Part shown: positions 45,694 through 53,182 of the stretch, piece after piece
Layout: each line of letters begins with the position of its first letter
How positions within the stretch are numbered: position 1 is the first letter of the stretch
Assembly (NCBI GenBank): GCA_027339635.1
Contig: DAHWNZ010000003.1
Coordinates: forward strand, 27,092 to 91,091
Length of the DNA stretch: 64,000 nucleotides
Source: Candidatus Dormiibacterota bacterium
Lineage (GTDB): Bacteria > Chloroflexota > Dormibacteria > Aeolococcales > Bog-877
Direction of reading: 5' to 3'
The notes under the pieces: generated by a model
Told to the model about the DNA's origin: nothing
Seen by the model: the letters and a program-made list of their open reading frames with translations, nothing else
Databases searched by the model: none
Position numbers and translations under genes: made by a program

Positions 45694-46461
45694 ATGCTGT
45701 CAAGTCGGAATTCCGAGCCAGCCGTTTCGGCGGTCAAGTCGAGGTACCTGGAGGCGATCTATTACATGGCCCATGAGGGCCAGACCGTGCGCCCGTCCAG
45801 GCTCGCGGAATGGCTCCAGGTCCGCGCTCCCACGGTGACCGGGGTGGTGCAGAGAATGCGTGACCATGGCTACCTGGAGGTCGCCGACGATCGCAGCATC
45901 ACCCTGACCGATTTGGGAGAGCACGAGGCCTCGGAGATCGTATGGAGGCACCGCGTGGTGGAGCGCTGGCTGGCGGACGAGATGGGTTTCGACTGGGCTG
46001 ACTCGGACCTGGAGTCGGGTCGGATTGCCCACTTCTTCTCAGACGCCCTGGTGAGACGGATCTTCGAGAAGCTGGGGCGCCCCAGCACCTGCCCGCACGG
46101 CAATGAGATTCCCGGCGCCGACTGTCCGCCGCGGGAGCTCGTCTGCCTGGCCGACCTAGACCCTGGCGTGATAGCCCCCATCGCGCGGATCTCAGAGGTC
46201 GCCGAGCATCAGGCGCCCCAGCTGCTGCGGCTGCTGGACCGCGAGGGTCTGAACCTGGGAGAGATGGTCGGCGTCCGCCGCTCCCTCGGAGCCGAGGCGG
46301 TGACGGTGGAGCGGGGGGTGCGGCAGACCGCCCTCGGCCTGAACGCCGCCAGGGCGGTCTGGGTCGACGTCAGTCAGCGTCCTCGGGGTTCTCGTAGGGA
46401 GAGTGGAGCTGCCGCAGAAACTCCTCGTAATCCTCCTCTGGAAGCCACTCCGCGGTCCTGA
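45694..46461 (+). CDS. DtxR/IdeR-family metal-dependent transcriptional repressor
   Basis: YLEAIYYMAHEGQTVRPSRLAEWLQVRAPTVTGVVQRMRDHGYL (wHTH), HRVVERWL, CPHGNEIPG and a C-terminal SH3/FeoA-like domain. A 30-aa low-complexity tail follows. Confidence 0.87.
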   Translation: MLSSRNSEPAVSAVKSRYLEAIYYMAHEGQTVRPSRLAEWLQVRAPTVTGVVQRMRDHGYLEVADDRSITLTDLGEHEASEIVWRHRVVERWLADEMGFDWADSDLESGRIAHFFSDALVRRIFEKLGRPSTCPHGNEIPGADCPPRELVCLADLDPGVIAPIARISEVAEHQAPQLLRLLDREGLNLGEMVGVRRSLGAEAVTVERGVRQTALGLNAARAVWVDVSQRPRGSRRESGAAAETPRNPPLEATPRS

Positions 46462-46684
46462 GCTCGCCACTTCTGTACCAGGTCAGGCTCATCGCCGCAG
46501 CGCCTCCCAGAAGCACGAAGGCCGCGACGGTGGGCAGGGAGAAGGTGTGGGTGAGGATGGGGACGGCTATCAGCAGGATGGCGATCCCGAGGTAGGTCAC
46601 CCAGACCACCTGCTCGGTGCGCGTCAGGTTGGGCACGGGAGGGATTGGGGACTCCTCTTGCCCATCCGCAGGGTCCGGACTCAC
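46370..46684 (-). CDS. small membrane protein (2 TM) with an acidic C-terminus
   Basis: 104-aa ORF with VVWVTYLGIAILLIAVPIL and VAAFVLLGGAAAMSL. Its 3' end overlaps the regulator gene tail by 92 nt in convergent orientation. No family recognised. Confidence 0.45.
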   Translation of the reverse strand: MSPDPADGQEESPIPPVPNLTRTEQVVWVTYLGIAILLIAVPILTHTFSLPTVAAFVLLGGAAAMSLTWYRSGELRTAEWLPEEDYEEFLRQLHSPYENPEDAD

Positions 46685-46788
46685 GCGAGAATGCTAACCG
46701 CGTTGCGGCAACGGTGCGCGCGCTCCGGTCCGGCCGACGGAGCGCATCTCAACTCTTCTTGGGGCGGCTCGCAATCTAAAGGTGAAAG

Positions 46789-46817
46789 TTGACATATTTG
46801 CAAGCTCGCGCTACAAA
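46789..46817 (+). promoter_or_regulatory. promoter giving an apparently leaderless mRNA for the DUF4097-like gene
   Basis: TTGACA (46789-46794), a 17-nt spacer, TACAAA (46812-46817), then 6 nt to ATG 46824. This is a locally AT-rich island in a GC-rich sequence. Confidence 0.4.
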
Positions 46818-46823
46818 GTACTC

Positions 46824-47600
46824 ATGAGTAACGAGGACGCGATTCAAGAACTGCTGCGGGCCGTGGCCGCCGGCTCGATTTCCCCTGAGGAGGCCGCGAC
46901 CAGGATGGCCCAGCTCCAGCAGACCGCGGTGTCGGTTCAGGAGCTGCCGGTCAGGGTCATCCGCGTGACCGGGCTGGTTCATCCCACCAAGATCGTCGGC
47001 GACCCGCTGGTCAAGGACGTGGCCGTGCAGGGCCCACATCAGGCTGCCAGGGACGGCGATGCGATGGTGGTGACGGGCATGCCTCAGGGCGAGGAGGGGG
47101 GGTGGTTCTCCTTTCGCTGGCCGGAGAAGATCCCCTTCGGCCAGGGGAACGGATCCAACCCGTTGCATCCCGTGCTCATTCGCATGAACCCGCAACTCCC
47201 CCTGGAGGTGGAGATGGCGGCCGGCCTCCTCACAGTGGATGGGATCCGGGGCCCCATCAAGGCCGACATCCAGGCCGGCAGCGCCAAGGTTGAGGGCTTC
47301 TCACAGGCCATCGACCTCAATGTGACATGGGGGACCGTGTCCGTCCGCGGCCTGCTCGACTCAGGGGCCTCTCGTATCCGCTGCGAGGCCGGTACCGTCA
47401 AGGTCAGACTGGAGAAGGGCTCCTCGGTCCGGGTGGTGGCCCGCAGCACCTTGGGTAAGATCACGTTGCCCGGTGACGCGGCCGGGTTGACGGGAGGTTG
47501 GACGATGGGTGGCGAGGTGCATGAGGCGACGATCGGGGGTGGCGCGGGGCACCTGGAGATAGAGGCCACGACCGGCGCCGTCTGGGTTGAGGAGGCGTGA
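46824..47600 (+). CDS. DUF4097-like (beta-helical 'putative adhesin' domain) protein
   Basis: N-terminal helical motif NEDAIQELLRAVAAGSISPEEAATRMAQL. C-terminal repetitive beta-strand region (IKADIQAGSAKVEG..VTWGTVSVRG..IRCEAGTVKVRLEKGSSVRVVARSTLGKITLPG..LEIEATTGAVWVE). The track ORF start at GTG 46782 lies inside the promoter-like AT-rich segment. Confidence 0.65.
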   Translation: MSNEDAIQELLRAVAAGSISPEEAATRMAQLQQTAVSVQELPVRVIRVTGLVHPTKIVGDPLVKDVAVQGPHQAARDGDAMVVTGMPQGEEGGWFSFRWPEKIPFGQGNGSNPLHPVLIRMNPQLPLEVEMAAGLLTVDGIRGPIKADIQAGSAKVEGFSQAIDLNVTWGTVSVRGLLDSGASRIRCEAGTVKVRLEKGSSVRVVARSTLGKITLPGDAAGLTGGWTMGGEVHEATIGGGAGHLEIEATTGAVWVEEA

Positions 47601-47971
47601 TCGAGCGCCGCCCGCCCCGCAAATGCCCGGTCTGTGGCGGCAGCCTGCACATCAACCGGCTGAGCTGCCGGGGCTGTGGCACTGAGCTGTCCGGAGATTT
47701 CGAGACCTGTGACTTCTGCTCCCTGGGGGGGGAGGACCGCGAGGTGTTGAACATCTTCTTGGGATCCCGGGGGAACATGAAGGCGCTGGAGCGCCAGTTG
47801 GGAGTGAGTTACCCAACCGCCAGGGCAAGGCTGGACTCGGTGCTGGCCAAGCTGGGCATCGACCCGGACGCGCAGCCGGAGCGCGAGACGCCGTTGGAAC
47901 TGCTGCAGGCGGTTGCTCGCGGTGAGCTTGATGTCGCCGAAGCTCAGCGCAGGCTGATGGACCCCGACTGA
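47597..47971 (+). CDS. DUF2089-family protein (zinc ribbon plus HTH)
   Basis: CPVCGGSLHINRLSCRGCGTELSGDFETCDFCSL, then FLGSRGNMKALERQLGVSYPTARARLDSVLAKLG. The start GTG overlaps the upstream stop (GTGA). Confidence 0.75.
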   Translation: MIERRPPRKCPVCGGSLHINRLSCRGCGTELSGDFETCDFCSLGGEDREVLNIFLGSRGNMKALERQLGVSYPTARARLDSVLAKLGIDPDAQPERETPLELLQAVARGELDVAEAQRRLMDPD

Positions 47972-47980
47972 GGGCCGGAA

Positions 47981-48703
47981 TCAGCGGAAGCCGTACAGCC
48001 CCTCGTGGAAGTCGCCGGTTGTCGACCAGCGCTCTATCACGCGCTCCACGACCTCGTCGTCGACCACCGTCGCGCCGAACGACCGGGCATTGCCCTCAAC
48101 CGCCTCCAGTACCTGACCCTTGACGAAGTCGGGCACCCGCTCGAACCGGCGCAGCGCCGACGGAGTCCACTCCAAGCCGTCCTGATGGCGCTCCTGGATT
48201 CGGTGCGAGACCTCCCCCCACATCTGGTACTTGATCTCCATGATCTCGGGGGTGATGGTGGTGCCGAGATTCTTCTTGTGGGCGGTCCACTCCACCCGCC
48301 AGCGGGTTAGCTCACGACAGAACTCCGGTACCTCGGCGAGACGGCTCTCCGCCTCTTCGGTCCAGGTGAACTGCTCGGTGAGGGCTCCCCGTTCGCTCAG
48401 GGGATGTCCGTACCCGAGCTTCTTCCCGAGGCTCGCTATGAACTCGCTGCGGATCTCGCCGACCCCCTTCTGCGCCGCCCGCTGCTCGGCCGCCCTGCGC
48501 GCCATCTCCTCCGCCCTGGTGGGCTCGAGATGGCTGCGCTCCGCGCCCGCCTGAGCTCGCCGCATCGCCTCCACGTGGGCCTCCAAGTCCCACTGCGGGG
48601 TCGACGACTGTCCGTGGGGAACCGGGCAGCCTCCGTCCTCGGCCTGTGCACCATCGCCTTGGGCTCCGGGGAACGGGCAGCGCGTGCCGTCAGGCTCAGC
48701 CAT
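47981..48703 (-). CDS. PCP-reductase-family protein (two tandem protochlorophyllide-reductase-subunit-B C-terminal-like domains)
   Basis: Two copies of the PF08369-type pattern: WTEEAESRLAEVPEFCRELTRWRVEWTAHKKNLGTTITPEIM and WTPSALRRFERVPDFVKGQVLEAVEGNARSFGATVVDDEVV. The N-terminus carries RCPFP and GCPVPH. GGAGGA lies 9 nt upstream of the ATG. Confidence 0.75.
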   Translation of the reverse strand: MAEPDGTRCPFPGAQGDGAQAEDGGCPVPHGQSSTPQWDLEAHVEAMRRAQAGAERSHLEPTRAEEMARRAAEQRAAQKGVGEIRSEFIASLGKKLGYGHPLSERGALTEQFTWTEEAESRLAEVPEFCRELTRWRVEWTAHKKNLGTTITPEIMEIKYQMWGEVSHRIQERHQDGLEWTPSALRRFERVPDFVKGQVLEAVEGNARSFGATVVDDEVVERVIERWSTTGDFHEGLYGFR

Positions 48704-49244
48704 TGGCCATATCCTCCATGGGGCAGGCGGCCTCCGCCTCAGGGCATCCGGCGCCTGCTTCCGACCTGTTCGCCGCCGCGATCTGCTCCAGGGCCACGCC
48801 CAAGGAGAGCATCTGGTCTGAGTCTAAGACTTTGCCGAAGTGGGCTTGGACCGAGCGAAGGTGGTCGCCCGCGGCCAGCTTGAGGCGCTGCCTTCCCGCT
48901 GGCGTGAGGACTGCGAAGGAGCCTCTGGCATCACTAGGGCACACCTCGCGCCTCACCAGCTCTGCCGATTCGAGGCGCTCTATGAGGCGGGTCAACCCGC
49001 TGCGGCTCAAGAGCACCCGGTCAGCGAGCTGGGCCATCCGCAGCCTCCCCTGTGGGGCCGCGCTCAGCTGCACCAGCACGTCGTACTCCGCGAGCGGCAG
49101 CCGCTGTTGCGAGATCAGCTCGCGTTCCAGGGCCCTGGTCACCAGGGTATGCGCGCGCAGAAACGCCTGCCAGGCGCTGAGGACCTCAGGGCTGAGGGGT
49201 TCGGATGTCTGCTTTCCGCTCAAGGAAGGTGATTGCACACGCAA
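48696..49244 (-). CDS. MarR-family transcriptional regulator with a Cys-Pro-containing C-terminal tail
   Basis: LPLAEYDVLVQLSAAPQGRLRMAQLADRVLLSRSGLTRLIERLESAELVRREVCPSDARGSFAVLTPAG (wHTH). The tail reads GCPEAEAACPMEDMANG. There is an 8-nt overlap (ATGGCTGA) with the downstream gene. The start is uncertain (TTG 49244, GTG 49238). Confidence 0.85.
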   Translation of the reverse strand: MRVQSPSLSGKQTSEPLSPEVLSAWQAFLRAHTLVTRALERELISQQRLPLAEYDVLVQLSAAPQGRLRMAQLADRVLLSRSGLTRLIERLESAELVRREVCPSDARGSFAVLTPAGRQRLKLAAGDHLRSVQAHFGKVLDSDQMLSLGVALEQIAAANRSEAGAGCPEAEAACPMEDMANG

Positions 49245-49326
49245 GTACCAATGGGGTAGGATGTAGTTGTACGGTCAATTATGACGCATGGGGCGTCGCT
49301 TGATGAACTCTGATGGAGGAATGCAC

Positions 49327-49851
49327 ATGACCTGGAAGCTGGACCCGTATCACTCTGCGGTCGAATTCTCGGTGCGACACATGATGGTTAGCACCGTCAA
49401 GGGGAATTTCCGGGAGTTCTCCGCCGACCTGGAGATCGACCCGGATGACCTGACCAAGAGCTCGGTTCGCGCCGTCATCAAGGCGGCCAGCATCGACACC
49501 AGGGTTGAGCCCCGCAACGCCCACCTGGTCTCGGCCGATTTCTTCGACGCCGAGAAGTTCCCCGACCTGGTCTACCAGAGCACAGAGGTGCAGGCCCTCG
49601 GGGGCGACCGCTACCGGGTCCTGGGGAATCTCACCATCAAGGACGTCACCAACCCGGTGCCCCTGGACGTCACCTTCCACGGCATTCAGACCAGCCCTCA
49701 AGGTGCCAAGGTCGCCGGATTCGAGGCGACTGCGAAGGTCAGCCGAGAGGCATTCGGGCTCACCTACAACATGGCACTCGAGACGGGTGGGGTTGTGATA
49801 GGCGACGAGATCAAGGTCTCCATCGACGCCGAGGCCAACGAGGCCGCCTGA
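49327..49851 (+). CDS. YceI-family (polyisoprenoid-binding-like) protein
   Basis: WKLDPYHSAVEFSVRHMMVSTVKGNFREF, RNAHLVSADFFDAEKFP, LTIKDVTNPVPLDV. ATG 49327 has GGAGGA 7 nt upstream. Confidence 0.85.
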   Translation: MTWKLDPYHSAVEFSVRHMMVSTVKGNFREFSADLEIDPDDLTKSSVRAVIKAASIDTRVEPRNAHLVSADFFDAEKFPDLVYQSTEVQALGGDRYRVLGNLTIKDVTNPVPLDVTFHGIQTSPQGAKVAGFEATAKVSREAFGLTYNMALETGGVVIGDEIKVSIDAEANEAA

Positions 49852-49856
49852 GAGAA

Positions 49857-49895
49857 GGCTTGCCCTGGCCGGCCAAGACTCGGCCAGGGCAAGCC
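49857..49895. terminator. bidirectional stem-loop terminator between convergent yceI-like and def genes
   Basis: GGCTTGCCCTGGCCG (49857-49871) and CGGCCAGGGCAAGCC (49881-49895) form a 15-bp perfect stem with a 9-nt loop. It begins 6 nt after one stop and ends 5 nt before the other. There is no U-tract, as is common in GC-rich actinobacteria. Confidence 0.6.
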
Positions 49896-49899
49896 CGTC

Positions 49900-50406
49900 C
49901 TACTGCGCCTCCTCTTCCTCCGCCTCATCCTCTCCCAGCTCGCGGAAGGTCTCTCCAGGAGCCAGCCGCTCCGGGCAGAGCACTCCCAAAAGGTGGTCCG
50001 ACTCATGCTGGACGATACGCGCCAGCCAGCCATCGAAGGTCCTGACCACCCCTCTGCCGTGGACGTTGCGGTACCGCACCTTGACCTCTTCGAAGCGACG
50101 GATCAGCCCGGCCCTGCCCGGCAACGACAGACAGCCCTCGACTGCGTCCACCTCGCCGCTGGCTGCCAGCAGCTCCGGGTTGCAGATGACGAACTTCCGG
50201 TCCTCATACACGACCACCGCCAGCCGCAGGTTGAGCCCCACCTGAGGGCCCGCCAGGCCCACACCGTTCCATTCCTCGCAGCGGACGTACATCTCGTCAA
50301 CCAGCCGTCGCAGGTCGTTGTCGAACACCCGCACCGGGCGAGCCCGCTGATGCAGGACCGTGGCGGGGTCCACGACCAGCTGCAGAGGAGCCGCGGATGA
50401 CTTCAT
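49900..50406 (-). CDS. def: peptide deformylase
   Basis: GVGLAGPQVG, EGCLSLPG and QHESDHLLG are the three canonical motifs. The ATG overlaps the upstream stop (ATGA). Confidence 0.93.
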   Translation of the reverse strand: MKSSAAPLQLVVDPATVLHQRARPVRVFDNDLRRLVDEMYVRCEEWNGVGLAGPQVGLNLRLAVVVYEDRKFVICNPELLAASGEVDAVEGCLSLPGRAGLIRRFEEVKVRYRNVHGRGVVRTFDGWLARIVQHESDHLLGVLCPERLAPGETFRELGEDEAEEEEAQ

Positions 50407-51137
50407 GGACCAATCTTCTCAGGCTCGGGGGTCTTGGAAGAAGCCAGCAACCGCACCGCCTCCTCCTGCGAGAGGTCGGGCAGGTGCAGCAGGTCCGAGA
50501 GCCAGCACAGGGCAGCGGGGTCGATTCCGGAGCCCGCCACCCTGTGGCTGGCGTCCAGCGCCGCCAGCCACTCTGATGGGGGCCTGCTCAAGCCCACGAT
50601 CAACCGCACCAGGGCCAGCTCCCTGGTCAGTTTGAAGCCCACTCCGGCGAGCTTGCGGCCCTCGATGGAAAGATCGCTGAAGCCGGGACACCAGGCTCCC
50701 GCTACCCGGCCGCTGATGAGGTGCAGACCCCTTGGTTCAAGCACCGCCCGGAGGAGGTCGGTCGCCAGCCGGAGCAGGGAGTCGAGGGGCCTGGGACATG
50801 GGTCCGGGAGCCTTGCCACGAGCAGGAGATGGAGCCACCCGGGGCCACCGGGCCCGAGGGTTCCCCCGATCGGGCTCTGACTCACCAGCCCGATCCCCGG
50901 TATCGCCCGGATGGCATCGACAACTCCCGGACGCCGCCACAGGCCCGACCCCACGGTCACGCCCGACGCGGTGCGCAGGGGGACCGCGACCGCCTCCATC
51001 GGGTCCCTTCCGGCCAGAAGCAGTGGTCCGTTCCCGCTCAACCCGGGGTCCTCCTCCAAGCGGAAGTCGGTCCAACGGGTGACCCACCGTCCGGGAGGCG
51101 CGGCAAACTCCCGGTCAGCTTTCAGGTGCGCCTCCAA
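50403..51137 (-). CDS. lipoate/biotin-protein-ligase-fold (LplA/LipB-like BPL_LPL catalytic domain) protein
   Basis: GAWCPGFSDLSIEGRKLAGVGFKLTRELALVRLIVGL resembles the CpG.yDl..gGrKi.G.Aq lysine motif. The N-terminal half is diverged. The start is very uncertain: TTG 51137 is chosen here, and the track ORF starts at TTG 51254. Confidence 0.55.
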   Translation of the reverse strand: MEAHLKADREFAAPPGRWVTRWTDFRLEEDPGLSGNGPLLLAGRDPMEAVAVPLRTASGVTVGSGLWRRPGVVDAIRAIPGIGLVSQSPIGGTLGPGGPGWLHLLLVARLPDPCPRPLDSLLRLATDLLRAVLEPRGLHLISGRVAGAWCPGFSDLSIEGRKLAGVGFKLTRELALVRLIVGLSRPPSEWLAALDASHRVAGSGIDPAALCWLSDLLHLPDLSQEEAVRLLASSKTPEPEKIGP

Positions 51138-51624
51138 ACAGAGGCCCCTCGCCTCTCGCGCCCAGCTCGTCCTGTCCCGCAGTCTCGGTGAGGATCGCCC
51201 GCAGCGCCTGGAGCGAGCGCTGAGCCTGCATCTCCATGATGCCGCTGACCCCAAACCTGCCCGCCAGCAATCCGAGGGCTCCCCCGGGTAGCTGGTAGGT
51301 CAGGCTCTGGGTGACCTCCGTGCTCTCCGGGCCGACCTCGCGACATTCGATCCGCAGCTTGGCAGAGGCACCCATCGCGTGCCCAGTGCTGCTAACCAGA
51401 TGGGGCCGCTCGCACTCTCCAATGACCCAGTCGCTGTTGGCGAACTTGCCGCCCGCGACCAGGCGTATCTGCAGCCGGTCTCCCTGCCGCAGGGGCGGGC
51501 TAAGGGACCCCGTGATCTGCTTTACGCCGAACATCCACCGGGGTGCGTGGCGCACGTCGGCGATGAAGTCCCAGGCCCGTTCCGCCGAGACCGGGATCAG
51601 GACGTGGTGGCGGACCTCAGGCAT
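51115..51624 (-). CDS. SRPBCC-family (polyketide cyclase/dehydrase-like) protein
   Basis: ATG 51622-51624 gives MPEVRHHVLIPVSAERAWDFIADVRHAPRWMFGVK.., 169 aa. The upstream part of the track ORF is antisense to the next gene's leader. Confidence 0.7.
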   Translation of the reverse strand: MPEVRHHVLIPVSAERAWDFIADVRHAPRWMFGVKQITGSLSPPLRQGDRLQIRLVAGGKFANSDWVIGECERPHLVSSTGHAMGASAKLRIECREVGPESTEVTQSLTYQLPGGALGLLAGRFGVSGIMEMQAQRSLQALRAILTETAGQDELGARGEGPLFGGAPES

Positions 51625-51681
51625 GAGCTGCTGGGAACGTGTCCATGTGGCGTCCCGAGGATATCCCGTACGGTAGGGGCG

Positions 51682-53151
51682 ATGCGCAACGCCGATCTGT
51701 CGGGAATCCCAGAACTTGACGGCCTCGACCAGTTTCTGCAGTGGGACCTGGTGACCCTGAACCCGTGGGGGGTGCCGGTGGTGGCACCCGTCGGGGCCAG
51801 GCTGACGCCGGCCAGCGCCGAGATCTGGACCTCCACCACCGTGGGATACCAAGCCAAGGTGCGTAACATTGCGGCCAATCCTGGGGTGGCGTTGCTGCGG
51901 CTTGCGCCCGGCGAGCCGACCGTCCTGGTAAGGGGGGAGGCGAGCATCCTGGACGGCGACGGTACCTCCAACCTGGACGGGTTGTTCCGGCTCATGCGGG
52001 GCTCGAATCGCCTAGGGCCGCGCTTCAGCAAGACCATGCGCGACCCCTTCTGGTCCCTCCTCTACCGTGAGTACTGGCATCGCGTCCTGATCCGGGTTCG
52101 GATCGTCGAGGTGGAGGTGCTCGCGCCGCGGGGCCCATCCCGCCACCGGATTGGCGAATGGCGAATTCCGCGCTTCCAGAGGCGCCGCTCGGCGCCTGCT
52201 TCACCAAACCTCCTGAATCCCCCGCGGCTGGGTCGCCTTGACCTCCGCGGCCGCCAGATGTTGCACGATGGAGTCCCCGCCATCTTGGCGGTCACCGACC
52301 GTGTCGGGCGGGCGCCACTGGTCGTGCCGGCCAGGGTGCGGCAGGACCGCAAGGGGCGCCTCTTGGTGCACGACGAAGTCTCCCTGCCGGTGGGCAAGGT
52401 GGTGCGGGCCTCGCTGGCGGTGCGGGCTCTCGACGACTCCTTCGAAATGGCCCAGATGGCCGCATGGATTGGGCGCCTGGACCGCGGCCAGACGTGGCGG
52501 GAGTTCACCCCCAGGTCCGCCTACGGCTTCACCAAGCCACCTGGGCTACTGCCTGACCTGGCCGCCGGCCTGGTCGCGACCGTCGCCGCCAGGCGTCCCC
52601 GTCGAGGGCCGGCTACCAGCGCACCGCGGGTGCGCGAGGCGGTGACCACATCTGGCCTTGGAGAGGTCTCTGCTCCCCTGCAGCTGAAGGAGACCGCCTG
52701 GCAGGCTCTGGAGACGATCTTCGCCTGCACGAATGCCGGCGCGCCCGGGTTCGCGGCGGCGGCCCTTATGACGCGCGACCCGCAAGCCAGGAGCCAGCTC
52801 GCCTATCTGGCCAAGCGTGCGGAGCGGGAGAGGGACTGGGCGCACTCCCTCCTGCTGCGGGGGGGGCGGTCGGTCTCGCCGGTGGCGCTCGGCCGAGGGG
52901 CGCTCCTGGTCCGGCCCAGGTCTTCCAAGCCTCAAGTTGAGGCTCAGCGCCAAGATCGGCTCCTCGAGGTGGAGCGGGAAATTCTGCGCCACGCGCTGCC
53001 CTCCCACCTGCGGGGCTCCGTCCCCCCCCGCCTCGGCTCCCGGCCCTTCCCGGAAACCGCTGTGTCATCCGAGGAGGTGGGCCTGGGAGCCGCCTGGGAG
53101 CTGGCCACGTCGCTGGCTGCGGTCTTCGACAGACTTGGCCTCGGCACATAG
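51682..53151 (+). CDS. multidomain protein: two PPOX-like (FMN/F420 split-barrel) modules plus an uncharacterised helical C-terminal region
   Basis: I chose ATG 51682, giving 489 aa. Module 1: LVTLNPWGVPVVAPVGARL..IWTSTTVGYQAKVRNIAANPGVALL. Module 2: AILAVTDRVGRAPLVVPARVRQDRKGRLLVHD. The C-terminal roughly 170 aa is unassigned. Confidence 0.55.
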   Translation: MRNADLSGIPELDGLDQFLQWDLVTLNPWGVPVVAPVGARLTPASAEIWTSTTVGYQAKVRNIAANPGVALLRLAPGEPTVLVRGEASILDGDGTSNLDGLFRLMRGSNRLGPRFSKTMRDPFWSLLYREYWHRVLIRVRIVEVEVLAPRGPSRHRIGEWRIPRFQRRRSAPASPNLLNPPRLGRLDLRGRQMLHDGVPAILAVTDRVGRAPLVVPARVRQDRKGRLLVHDEVSLPVGKVVRASLAVRALDDSFEMAQMAAWIGRLDRGQTWREFTPRSAYGFTKPPGLLPDLAAGLVATVAARRPRRGPATSAPRVREAVTTSGLGEVSAPLQLKETAWQALETIFACTNAGAPGFAAAALMTRDPQARSQLAYLAKRAERERDWAHSLLLRGGRSVSPVALGRGALLVRPRSSKPQVEAQRQDRLLEVEREILRHALPSHLRGSVPPRLGSRPFPETAVSSEEVGLGAAWELATSLAAVFDRLGLGT

Positions 53152-53182
53152 GGTTGCGGCGCCGCCTGGGCGCCGGGGCCGA

